Below, one piece after another: positions 1 to 8,240 of a DNA stretch of 24,167 nucleotides. The stretch is from a virus. Taxonomy: Duplodnaviria > Caudoviricetes. The notes under the pieces were generated by a model, which saw nothing but the letters and a program-made list of their open reading frames with translations, was not told where the DNA came from and did no database searches. The position numbers and the translations under genes are program-made. Each line of letters opens with the position of its first letter. The first letter of the stretch is position 1. Where the stretch lies: positions 1 through 24,167 of the IMG/VR virus record IMGVR_UViG_3300031519_000222. One strand, given 5' to 3'.

Positions 1-11
1 GTGGAATATAA

Positions 12-512
12 ATGAAAATACTAACGATTGAAAATAATACTTACGATATAGATTGCGTACCTGATGAAATAGATGATATCAGATATTGCATATTAGACGG
101 AGCCGACCCTGAATGGGTAGACTTTTATTTTTTGCCTCTAATTTTTTTAGAAAGTTTTCATGCTCCTGCAATATGCTTACAAATTGGTGAATTTAATATT
201 CAAATGCCAATGGATTGGAGTGTGCTTTTATGTGATGAAAGTTATGATAGTGTAGAAGTACTACCACTAGCAAGTTTGAACAATAGAGAATTTAGAGCAT
301 TGGTAATGAATCCACTTTCAACTAGGCTTCCTAATAGCGAAACAATACAAATTACAAATGTTTATCAAGATGTTAAATGGTTTTTTCCTAAACTTAAAAA
401 TGGTCACATGTTATCAGTGCCGTTAGAGTCAGGAGATAATCCAATGTGTGCTTTCTTTGTGAAAGATGCAAATAAAGTTAAAACTATAGAAGTCGCAGAT
501 TTAATTAGTTAA
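12..512 (+). CDS. Conserved phage hypothetical protein (166 aa)
   Basis: Clean ORF. Its ATG overlaps (ATGA) the stop of a probable upstream gene cut off by the window (gtg gaa tat aaa tga, 1-15). No catalytic motif recognised. Confidence 0.8.
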   Translation: MKILTIENNTYDIDCVPDEIDDIRYCILDGADPEWVDFYFLPLIFLESFHAPAICLQIGEFNIQMPMDWSVLLCDESYDSVEVLPLASLNNREFRALVMNPLSTRLPNSETIQITNVYQDVKWFFPKLKNGHMLSVPLESGDNPMCAFFVKDANKVKTIEVADLIS

Positions 513-517
513 TATTA

Positions 518-613
518 ATGATTGAACTATTAATATGGAGTTTAATTGTTGTTACATGGGCATCAGTAGGTGTACATGTAATAAAAGAGTTCGTAAGGAA
601 CCACTTAGAATAG
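518..613 (+). CDS. Small single-pass membrane peptide (31 aa, MIELLIWSLIVVTWASVGVHVIKEFVRNHLE)
   Basis: Translated by hand and absent from the ORF track. It fills the gap between 512 and 623 and has a hydrophobic N-terminal helix. Its stop lies next to the AGGAG RBS of the following gene. Confidence 0.55.
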   Translation: MIELLIWSLIVVTWASVGVHVIKEFVRNHLE

Positions 614-622
614 GAGAAAAAA

Positions 623-1039
623 ATGAGTAAAATAGAACCGATGATGAAAAAGCCAAGTTTATTTAGAAGGACCGTATTCAGTCTTGTAAATAGTTGGAGA
701 CGAGTGATGGATGTTAGATACAATCCATTAAAATATATACCAGACCCTAGTCTACAGACTTACTTTATGTTAGTGCTGTTTACTGTATGGAGTGTGTTCT
801 TTGGCTTCTTAGCCGCAAACTACTTAGGTGTATTTGGATATAGCACACTTGCAAGTATTATTATACATGTTGCAGTACTATTGCCATTAGCATTTACTAA
901 TGCAATCTTTATAGATGCAGAAAGAGACGGCCACAAATGGTTAAAAGAATGGAAAGCAGAACAGAATAGATGGACTATTGTTACCAACAGACTCAAGAAG
1001 AGTAATTTGGTAATGTGGAATCCAAACGAGGAAGCATAA
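623..1039 (+). CDS. Membrane protein, about 2 TM helices (138 aa)
   Basis: AGGAG RBS at about 612-616. Hydrophobic segments YFMLVLFTVWSVFFGFLAA and LASIIIHVAVLLPLAF. Confidence 0.8.
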   Translation: MSKIEPMMKKPSLFRRTVFSLVNSWRRVMDVRYNPLKYIPDPSLQTYFMLVLFTVWSVFFGFLAANYLGVFGYSTLASIIIHVAVLLPLAFTNAIFIDAERDGHKWLKEWKAEQNRWTIVTNRLKKSNLVMWNPNEEA

Positions 1040-1812
1040 TGGCAAAATATAGATACAGAATAGAAGGTGGCAGATACGGAGGCGAGGCTGTAATAGGAAC
1101 AGTAAACCCAGCATTTGCTAGTTATTATGCAGATAGACGAGACGACCTTGTTGATGCAGTATTAGAATCAGAAGATTGGGCACCTGAGGATGAAGTAGAT
1201 TCAGATGCGTTATTAGATCCACAAGGAATACCACACCCTGCTATACCAGGCGAAGACTTTTATATGTGGGAAAATGATGACCTAGAACATATTAATAGTG
1301 CCTATGCAGATGGCGGATTTTATGTATATGAAGTTCCAGCAGATGGTTCAGACGATTGGGACTATGACAAAGAAACATATGATGGCGATGCGATTCTTGT
1401 GTATGGTAGAGAGGGCGGTTACTTTGGTAATGAAGAACCTGAAACTATTAATGAAGAAGATGAAGACGGTAACAAATATGTACCAGTCTTAATGTTTCAT
1501 AGTTCAGAGAAAGGTGGCTTTGGTGCTTGGTTTATAGACACCGACGAACCGTTTGATGAATTTAAATTAGGGTATGGTATTATAGAAACAAACATAGCAG
1601 AATTTGTAGATTCTGTTTACTATGATAAGAAAGAATTAGATTGTGACTATGACTATAATGACTCAACCGGTAAAAGTTATGATGCAGAAGTTGGCTGGTT
1701 AAATATAAAGTGGCATGATAATTCTAGTCACTACGAAGAAGGCTCGGAATCTATGAAAGACTATTGGGAAGAGTATGACGAAAACGTAGAATGGGAAAGA
1801 GAAAACAGATGA
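1039..1812 (+). CDS. Highly acidic hypothetical protein (257 aa)
   Basis: Start moved to ATG 1039 (TAATG overlap with the upstream stop). About 27% Asp+Glu by hand count, rich in Tyr/Trp. Confidence 0.8.
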   Translation: MAKYRYRIEGGRYGGEAVIGTVNPAFASYYADRRDDLVDAVLESEDWAPEDEVDSDALLDPQGIPHPAIPGEDFYMWENDDLEHINSAYADGGFYVYEVPADGSDDWDYDKETYDGDAILVYGREGGYFGNEEPETINEEDEDGNKYVPVLMFHSSEKGGFGAWFIDTDEPFDEFKLGYGIIETNIAEFVDSVYYDKKELDCDYDYNDSTGKSYDAEVGWLNIKWHDNSSHYEEGSESMKDYWEEYDENVEWERENR

Positions 1813-2603
1813 AAAGAATCTTAATATGCGGATTACCTGGATCAGGTAAAACAACACTAGCAAAAAGACTAGTAGAAATACTTGGCGATGCTGATTGGTA
1901 TAATGCTGATGAAATTAGAGAAAAATTTGATGATTGGGACTTCTCTTCTGAAGGTAGAGAACGACAAATGAATCGTATGCAGGATTATGTCCGTAAAAGT
2001 GTTGCAAAACAACGTTATGGTATTGCAGATTTCGTTTGCCCTACTAATGAACTTAGAGAAAAGTTTATGCCTGAATATGTAATCTGGATGAATACTATTA
2101 AGGAAGGTAGATTTGAAGACACTAATAAAATGTTTGAAAAGCCTGAAGGATTAGTAAATGCGGTTATCAACGATGATGATTGGTGGACTGAAGATGCAAT
2201 AGAAGAATGGGCAAGACTACTTGCCGTCGATATTAGAGATACAGAGTTTCAACCTAAACTTCCTGTTACACAAATGCTAGGAAGATTTCAACCATGGCAT
2301 GAAGGACATCAAAAGTTATTTGAAAGAGCATTGGCAAAACATGGCCAAGTTGCAGTAATGGTTAGAGATATGCCGGTAACTGAAGACAATCCATGGCAAG
2401 TAGATGATATTTGCAAAAATGTAGAATTAGAACTGGCTGAATTCGCTGGTAAGTTTAGAGTTTATAGTGTTCCGAATATTATGAATATTACTTACGGCAG
2501 AGGAGTAGGCTATAAAATAGAAGAAGAAGTTTTAGATGAGGAAACACAAAAAATAAGTGCAACCAAAATCAGAGAACAGATGAGAAAGGATGGGGAATTA
2601 TAA
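1809..2603 (+). CDS. Fusion of an adenylyl-sulfate-kinase (CysC)-like P-loop kinase and an HxGH nucleotidyltransferase
   Basis: N-terminal part: Walker A GLPGSGKTT, then NADEIR...DFS.EGRERQ..RM and IADFVCP, which follow the CysC pattern. C-terminal part: GRFQPWHEGH and ISATKIR (HIGH-superfamily/cytidyltransferase-like). Start at 1809 by ATGA overlap. Confidence 0.8.
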   Translation: MKRILICGLPGSGKTTLAKRLVEILGDADWYNADEIREKFDDWDFSSEGRERQMNRMQDYVRKSVAKQRYGIADFVCPTNELREKFMPEYVIWMNTIKEGRFEDTNKMFEKPEGLVNAVINDDDWWTEDAIEEWARLLAVDIRDTEFQPKLPVTQMLGRFQPWHEGHQKLFERALAKHGQVAVMVRDMPVTEDNPWQVDDICKNVELELAEFAGKFRVYSVPNIMNITYGRGVGYKIEEEVLDEETQKISATKIREQMRKDGEL

Positions 2604-2844
2604 ACATCCTGCTTATGCAAGGTACCCACATTTGAAGGATCCTACCGAGGCAGAACATACGCCTTGGAGAAAATGGTTTGCTTGGAAGCCTGTAACATTA
2701 CTATCTGGTAAGATAGTGTGGTTGCGAAATGTGTACAAAAGACAAAGGACGGTGCAATGGGTACCGCCTGCCTTCCCTGAAGGAGCATTTGATGGTATTG
2801 AATATTCTACATGGGAAGACATAATGGAAAACAAATTTAAATAA
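2590..2844 (+). CDS. Phage hypothetical protein (84 aa, WRKWFAWKPV motif)
   Basis: Co-oriented ORF overlapping the previous stop. The Trp-rich WxxWFAWxPV...WL motif is typical of a small phage protein family. Confidence 0.65.
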   Translation: MGNYKHPAYARYPHLKDPTEAEHTPWRKWFAWKPVTLLSGKIVWLRNVYKRQRTVQWVPPAFPEGAFDGIEYSTWEDIMENKFK

Positions 2845-2856
2845 GGAAAACAAAAT

Positions 2857-3975
2857 ATGTATCAATTTACTAGTGAAAGTGTCAGTGAAGGACACCCAGA
2901 TAAAGTTGCTGATTTAATATCAGATCATATAGCACAATGGTTAATTAACCATAATATAAAAAATAGAGCCGCAATAGAAACATTGGTTACTACAAATAGA
3001 GTAGTAGTTGCAGGTGAATATAAAACTGACAGACAGGAAGACGTAGAAGAGTCGGTTAGAGGTATCATTATAGATACTGTTAAACAATTAGGATATGAAC
3101 AAGAAGGATTTCATTGGGATAATCTAGAAATAGATTATTTCTTACACGGACAAAGTTCTGATATAGCATTAGGCACAGATAACTTTGGTGCAGGCGATCA
3201 AGGCATTATGTTTGGTTACGCGAATAGAGAAACTGAGAATTACATGCCACTGGCTATAGCATATTCTCATAAAATACTACAGGAACTATCTCATAGAAGA
3301 AAGTTACATGCACAATATAGAGATATAATACTTCCTGATAGCAAATGTCAATTAACAGTAAATTACGGTGCACCCAATACGCCTATAGATATTAATAATG
3401 TTGTAGTGAGTACACAACATAGGGCAGAGGCAACCCAACAACAAGTAGAGGATTTAGTTAGAGAAGTTGTGAAAGATGTTGTCCCAAAAGAATACTTAAC
3501 AAGTAACACTAATTATCAAATTAATCCTACAGGAAGATTTGTAATAGGCGGCCCGGATGGAGATACTGGACTTACTGGAAGGAAAATAGTAGTAGATACA
3601 TATGGTGGTTATGCTCCACATGGCGGCGGCGCTTTTTCAGGCAAGGATTTTTCAAAAGTTGATAGATCAGCGGCGTATATGGCTAGATGGTTAGCAAAAA
3701 ATATTGTTCATAAATTTGATTTACAAGAATGTTTAGTCCAACTTAGTTATGTTATAGGAATAGAAGAGCCTTCTTCCTTAGTAATCTATGCTAACGGTGA
3801 ATTAAGACTTGATTTGATTAATATGATTAGAAATGAAGTTGATTTAACACCTTTAGGGATAATACAGACTCTGGGATTAGAAAATGTTATATTACCAGAT
3901 ACTACTAATTATGGGCATTTTGGAAAAGAACCTACTGGTAATAGTTTAATTACATGGGAAGAATTTACATTATGA
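2857..3975 (+). CDS. metK: S-adenosylmethionine synthetase
   Basis: Signature motifs FTSESVSEGHPDK, GAGDQG, STQH, GGPDGDTGLTGRKIVVDTYGG, HGGGAFSGKD..KVDRSAAY and YGHFG. AAGGA RBS upstream. Confidence 0.97.
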   Translation: MYQFTSESVSEGHPDKVADLISDHIAQWLINHNIKNRAAIETLVTTNRVVVAGEYKTDRQEDVEESVRGIIIDTVKQLGYEQEGFHWDNLEIDYFLHGQSSDIALGTDNFGAGDQGIMFGYANRETENYMPLAIAYSHKILQELSHRRKLHAQYRDIILPDSKCQLTVNYGAPNTPIDINNVVVSTQHRAEATQQQVEDLVREVVKDVVPKEYLTSNTNYQINPTGRFVIGGPDGDTGLTGRKIVVDTYGGYAPHGGGAFSGKDFSKVDRSAAYMARWLAKNIVHKFDLQECLVQLSYVIGIEEPSSLVIYANGELRLDLINMIRNEVDLTPLGIIQTLGLENVILPDTTNYGHFGKEPTGNSLITWEEFTL

Positions 3976-4511
3976 ATATAAAAGATAGTATAAGGACAGT
4001 ACCTGATTTTCCTATAGAAGGAATACAGTTTAGGGACATAACAAGCCTATTAGAAGACCCAGAAGCGTTCAATAAAGCATTAATAGATTTAACTGATAGT
4101 TGTATGCAGTTCAAAGCAACAAAGATAGTAGCAGTAGAAAGTAGAGGATTTATATTTGGTTCTCCTATTGCGAGAGATATGGAATTACCTTTAATACTAG
4201 CAAGGAAGCCAGGCAAGTTACCCAATCCTACCTATCAAAGAAATTATAAATTAGAATATGGGGAAACAACTTTACATATTCAACGAAATTCTAACTTAAA
4301 CTTTCAGGATAAAATTGTTATTATAGATGATTTAATTGCCACAGGCGGAACAGCAAAGGCAATAGCAAGTTTAATTTCACAATGTTGGAAAGTTCCAAAA
4401 GAAAATATTCTAATTCTGGCCGTAATTAACTTGCCCGATTTAGGAGGAAGTGCTATAATAGAGAAAGACGGATTTAATGTAGAGACATTAATAGAATTTG
4501 AGGGTGAATGA
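3972..4511 (+). CDS. apt: Adenine phosphoribosyltransferase
   Basis: IRTVPDFPIEGIQFRDIT, ESRGFIFG, RKPGKLP, YKLEYG and the PRPP-binding motif IIDDLIATGGT. ATGA overlap with the metK stop. Confidence 0.95.
   Translation: MNIKDSIRTVPDFPIEGIQFRDITSLLEDPEAFNKALIDLTDSCMQFKATKIVAVESRGFIFGSPIARDMELPLILARKPGKLPNPTYQRNYKLEYGETTLHIQRNSNLNFQDKIVIIDDLIATGGTAKAIASLISQCWKVPKENILILAVINLPDLGGSAIIEKDGFNVETLIEFEGE
4431..4459 (+). promoter_or_regulatory. Sigma70-type promoter inside apt (TTGCCC-N17-TATAAT with extended -10 TGcTATAAT)
   Basis: -35 at 4431-4436, TG at 4451-4452, -10 at 4454-4459, about 50 nt upstream of the 4508 ORF. Confidence 0.5.
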
Positions 4512-5077
4512 AGAATTTAGTAATAGCAAATTATAGATCAGGTGGATATACATTACACGATATGTTATTAGAAAAGTATAATTGTTATACCTTTAAAGAA
4601 ATATTTTTTAATGTAGATGATGTTCACAATAAATTAAATGAATATAACGATAATGAAAGTTGTATAGCAAAACTTTGCCCCACACAGATAAAAGGAAACG
4701 ATATAAAAATTTTAAATACATGTTATAAATTATGTGAAATGGCAGATAGTATTAATTACATTCAAAGAGAGGGAACAATGGAACAAGTAATAAGTTTCGC
4801 AGTTGCTAACAAACAGTTCTCTCATAAAGATATCTCTCCCTGGTTATCAGATAGACAACTTTTTAACGAGCAACTTACAGATCAAGACTTAGACAAATCA
4901 TTTAATGCATTATATAGAAACCATATGTTTATAAAAGAATTGTATAGTAAATATAAAGGAAAAGTGTATACACTTGAAAAGGATTTAGAATACAACCCTT
5001 ATCCTAATAAGCATACATACAAAGGAGATTGGCAACTGCCACATAAATTTCCAATGTTAGGAGAGTCAATTGGCTAA
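4508..5077 (+). CDS. Sulfotransferase-like (Stf0/P-loop-type) protein
   Basis: N-terminal ANYRSGGYTL resembles the 5'-phosphosulfate-binding loop. IQREGTMEQVISFAVANKQ resembles the Stf0-type R-x4-Q-x-(V/I)S 3'-phosphate-binding helix. Confidence 0.55.
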   Translation: MKNLVIANYRSGGYTLHDMLLEKYNCYTFKEIFFNVDDVHNKLNEYNDNESCIAKLCPTQIKGNDIKILNTCYKLCEMADSINYIQREGTMEQVISFAVANKQFSHKDISPWLSDRQLFNEQLTDQDLDKSFNALYRNHMFIKELYSKYKGKVYTLEKDLEYNPYPNKHTYKGDWQLPHKFPMLGESIG

Positions 5078-5546
5078 GAAACCAGCATTACCATTAAAAG
5101 ATGTCATGACGGCTATTGATAAAAAGGATAGAAACTTTTATAATAACCTAACAGACGAGCAAAGAAAGGCATTTAGTGCCTGGATGATGATGAGATATTG
5201 TAGTAGTGTGCAAGGTAGAGATGCCGCAAACTATATTTACATGACTAATGAATTACTTAATAGGTATCATAAGGTTGAATATAAGGTCCCACAGCACCCT
5301 GAATTACAATGGTTATTATTTACAGCATGTGGCGTAGGTAAAGTACAATTTCATCCTTATTTAAAACCGCCTAATGCTAGAAAGAAAAATAATAAAGTAT
5401 TTGATTTTATATACAGCATATATCCTCATATGAAAGCAGAGGATATTAATAATTTTATAGAAATTAACACAAAAGAAGATCTAAAACAATTAGCAGAAGC
5501 ACACGGATACGATGACAAATCAATCAAAGACATCTTCGGAAAATAA
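5070..5546 (+). CDS. Putative clamp-loader small subunit (T4 gp62-like)
   Basis: TTG start with an AGGAG RBS. FSAWMMMRYCS...NE.LN...LQW is reminiscent of gp62-like proteins, and the gene sits in a replication cluster. Confidence 0.5.
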   Translation: MAKKPALPLKDVMTAIDKKDRNFYNNLTDEQRKAFSAWMMMRYCSSVQGRDAANYIYMTNELLNRYHKVEYKVPQHPELQWLLFTACGVGKVQFHPYLKPPNARKKNNKVFDFIYSIYPHMKAEDINNFIEINTKEDLKQLAEAHGYDDKSIKDIFGK

Positions 5547-6213
5547 CACCTGTAAATGGTGTGAAAAAACATTTATGAGTGAACGAACTCTGAGTGCCCA
5601 CATGTGTGTAAAGAAAAGGCGCATGGCTGATAAAGATCTTACACATACTAGACTAGGCTATAGAGTGTTTCAAATGTTTTACGAACTTAATACAACATCA
5701 ACAAAGCCAAAGACATATGAAGATTTTGTTAAAAGTCAATATTATGAAGGATTTGTAAAGTTTGGTAGAAGTTGCGTTACTAATGAATATCTAAATCCAG
5801 AAAAGTTTGCAGAATGGTTAATCAAAAATGGTAAAAAACTTGCAGACTGGAGTAAAGATAGTTTATATGATGAGTATTTACTAGTATATGTAAAGAAAGA
5901 ACCTGGTATGAAAGCATTAGAACGAACAATAATGTATTTAGATACCTGGGCTAAAGAAAATAATAAGCCATGGCAAAACTATTTTAAAGACGTTACTGCC
6001 GCCAGAGCAGTACACGATATTAGAAGTGCAAAGATATCCCCCTGGATGATTTATCTTTGTACATCCGGTGACGAGTTACTAGTAAAATTTAGTGATGAGC
6101 AAGTAAAGATGATTGAACATATTATTGATGCAACCTTCTGGATGAAACAGTTTGCAAATAATAAAGAAGAAGTAGCAGAAGTAAAAAATGCATGTGAAAT
6201 TGCAGGAATATAA
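5512..6213 (+). CDS. Conserved phage protein with an N-terminal C2H2-like zinc finger
   Basis: CKWCEKTFMSERTLSAHMC at the N-terminus. Confidence 0.75.
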   Translation: MTNQSKTSSENNTCKWCEKTFMSERTLSAHMCVKKRRMADKDLTHTRLGYRVFQMFYELNTTSTKPKTYEDFVKSQYYEGFVKFGRSCVTNEYLNPEKFAEWLIKNGKKLADWSKDSLYDEYLLVYVKKEPGMKALERTIMYLDTWAKENNKPWQNYFKDVTAARAVHDIRSAKISPWMIYLCTSGDELLVKFSDEQVKMIEHIIDATFWMKQFANNKEEVAEVKNACEIAGI

Positions 6214-6227
6214 CATAGGAGATAAAA

Positions 6228-6521
6228 ATGAAAGAGTTAATTGAAAAGACATCACAATGGCACCATGATAGGAACCTAATTGATGGTGCAACAAGTAAAG
6301 ATCAAGTACTTAAACTTATACAAGAAGTTGGAGAGCTTTCTGATAGTGTATGTAAAGGAGAAGATGTAAAAGACGACATTGGAGATTGTCTAGTTATCCT
6401 TATTAACATTGCTGAAAGAGAAGGCACTACATTAGAAGAATGTTTAGGTGTTGCTTATGAGGATATAAAAGATCGCAAAGGTAAAATGGTAGATGGAATA
6501 TTTGTTAAGGAAGAAAAGTGA
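6228..6521 (+). CDS. MazG-like nucleotide pyrophosphohydrolase
   Basis: KLIQEVGEL...DDIGD metal-binding helices and C-terminal IKDRKGKMVDGIFVKE. AGGAG RBS. Confidence 0.85.
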   Translation: MKELIEKTSQWHHDRNLIDGATSKDQVLKLIQEVGELSDSVCKGEDVKDDIGDCLVILINIAEREGTTLEECLGVAYEDIKDRKGKMVDGIFVKEEK

Positions 6522-6778
6522 ATAGAAAACAAGAAATGCTAGTTATAACAATGGAAGAGTGTGCAGAACTTAGCCAAGCATGTAGTAAAATTATACGTTT
6601 TGAAAAAGATCAATGCCCAAACGATCTTTCAAACTTGCAAGATGAAATAGGCGATGTAATGTGTATGATAGATATTTTAAAAAATAACGGATTAGTAAGT
6701 GACGAGCAAATACAAGAACGTATGAAAATTAAAAAAGAAAAACTAATCAAATGGAGTTTATTGTTCAGTGAAAATTGA
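6518..6778 (+). CDS. MazG-like (NTP-PPase) protein
   Basis: MEECAELSQACSK...LQDEIGDV (EExxE...ExxD motif). GTGA overlap with the previous gene. Confidence 0.8.
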   Translation: MNRKQEMLVITMEECAELSQACSKIIRFEKDQCPNDLSNLQDEIGDVMCMIDILKNNGLVSDEQIQERMKIKKEKLIKWSLLFSEN

Positions 6779-7337
6779 TTTTGATGTAGACATTGATATG
6801 GCTAACAGAGATGACTTTTTAAAGTTAGTTAATCATACGCCTGCAAGTATTGAAAAGGATAGTAAGTTTACTAAACACAATACTGGTGTCTACTTTCAGA
6901 ACATTCCTAAGTTTCCGTTAGAAGGTTACAGTACAATAGATCACAAACAAGCAGAACAAGAAGGTTGGTTTAAATTAGATGTACTTAATAATCATGTATA
7001 TGAAAATATAATAGATGAAACGCACCTAGACCAATTAGTGAATACAGAGCCTATGTGGGAATTGTTTGAACATAAAGAAATAGTTGAACAACTGTTTCAT
7101 ATAAGTAATCACTTTAATATAATTATGCAACATAAACCTAAAACTATAGACCAACTAGCAATGATACTGGCAATGATAAGGCCCGGTAAAAGGCATTTGG
7201 TAGGAAAGAGCTGGAAGGAAATAGAAAAAGATGTATGGATAAGACCTACTGATGGTACATACTTTTTTAAGAAGTCACATAGTTATGGTTATGCTTTGGC
7301 TATAATTGTACAATTAAATTTATTGTGTGAGGATTAG
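6768..7337 (+). CDS. Miniature DNA polymerase III alpha (DnaE/family C)-like protein
   Basis: DFDVDID (catalytic DxD), KHNTGVY, FKLDVL (third catalytic Asp), LAMIRPG and YFFKKSHSYGYA, in DnaE order. Only 189 aa. Confidence 0.75.
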   Translation: MKIDFDVDIDMANRDDFLKLVNHTPASIEKDSKFTKHNTGVYFQNIPKFPLEGYSTIDHKQAEQEGWFKLDVLNNHVYENIIDETHLDQLVNTEPMWELFEHKEIVEQLFHISNHFNIIMQHKPKTIDQLAMILAMIRPGKRHLVGKSWKEIEKDVWIRPTDGTYFFKKSHSYGYALAIIVQLNLLCED

Positions 7338-7858
7338 GTCTTAATCCAAACTATTGCTGTTCTACGTAACTCTTTGCACCCAACAGAATCATAATCGTGA
7401 TAAGATTCATTATTACGTTTAAAAATCATACCACCATTTTTAACATACGGAGTAGTATAATTAAACGTTTGTCCATTGCACTCGTAGATACTAGTACCCG
7501 TACCGGTATCTGATAAACCTAATACTAAAGTAGCAGTTTTCCATTCTGAATCTGTATGTATAACATTGTATCTATAATCTGGTTTTAAAATCATTATACC
7601 TGAATATATTTCATAAGGTTCAGATATTTCTAAAAGTTCTGCACATCTCTTTCCTAGATCATTTAATATATTCTTTATTCTTTGAGGCACATTTTGCCTA
7701 CTTGGTGAGTTTTTATAGGATTCTATAAAGTATAAATTGGACTCTTTTTTTGCTTTAAGGGTTAAACTATAGTTTGAAACAAAATCAAAATCGTTAGTTG
7801 TTAAGCAGTTGTTAAGAAGATAATGTTTCCAAGGTATATCTACAACACTAGATTTCAA
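7334..7858 (-). CDS. 2OG-Fe(II) oxygenase-like protein
   Basis: HTD (HxD) ... GTGTSIY ... NGGMIF ... YH ... RR pattern of a DSBH 2-oxoglutarate dioxygenase. Confidence 0.7.
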   Translation of the reverse strand: MKSSVVDIPWKHYLLNNCLTTNDFDFVSNYSLTLKAKKESNLYFIESYKNSPSRQNVPQRIKNILNDLGKRCAELLEISEPYEIYSGIMILKPDYRYNVIHTDSEWKTATLVLGLSDTGTGTSIYECNGQTFNYTTPYVKNGGMIFKRNNESYHDYDSVGCKELRRTAIVWIKT

Positions 7859-8235
7859 TCAACTTTCCTAACTAACTGGATTCCCCTTCTTTTTATTCTC
7901 TTTTTAATTAAATTTTGCAAGGAAGTCATTGGACCAAATAAAACTTCTATATCTTTCATAACAAAAGTTCTTAATATGGATTTAAAGGAACCCATTTCAT
8001 GGAATAAAAATATATCAATTGGAATCTGTCTATTAGATTCCCACCACCAAGTATCACCTAATTCTAAAAACAATTTTTTAAGTTCTTGATTAGGTATTTT
8101 CTCTAGATCATAGAAAGTTAGTATGCTATTGTCATGGTTTATAACGATACCTATGTACTCGTTATCTCCATATTTGATGCCGGTTAAAAACGGATACCGT
8201 TCTTCTGTTTGTTTGATAAGTTCTTTCTTCTCCAC
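7855..8235 (-). CDS. Conserved phage hypothetical protein (126 aa, WWWESNR motif)
   Basis: Clean ORF with a GTG start 5 nt after a minus-strand TATAAATA box. Basic C-terminus. Confidence 0.8.
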   Translation of the reverse strand: MEKKELIKQTEERYPFLTGIKYGDNEYIGIVINHDNSILTFYDLEKIPNQELKKLFLELGDTWWWESNRQIPIDIFLFHEMGSFKSILRTFVMKDIEVLFGPMTSLQNLIKKRIKRRGIQLVRKVD

Positions 8236-8240
8236 AAAAG

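Noticed and set aside
1809-2603. NadR-type NMN adenylyltransferase/ribosylnicotinamide kinase reading of the fusion
   Set aside because: The domain order is reversed relative to NadR and the kinase motifs match CysC better. It is not fully excluded for the C-terminal domain.
2857-4511. Bacterial chromosome origin suggested by metK and apt
   Set aside because: The surrounding genes (gp41/gp61-like helicase and primase, late-promoter boxes, tightly overlapping phage-type ORFs) indicate a phage carrying auxiliary metabolic genes.
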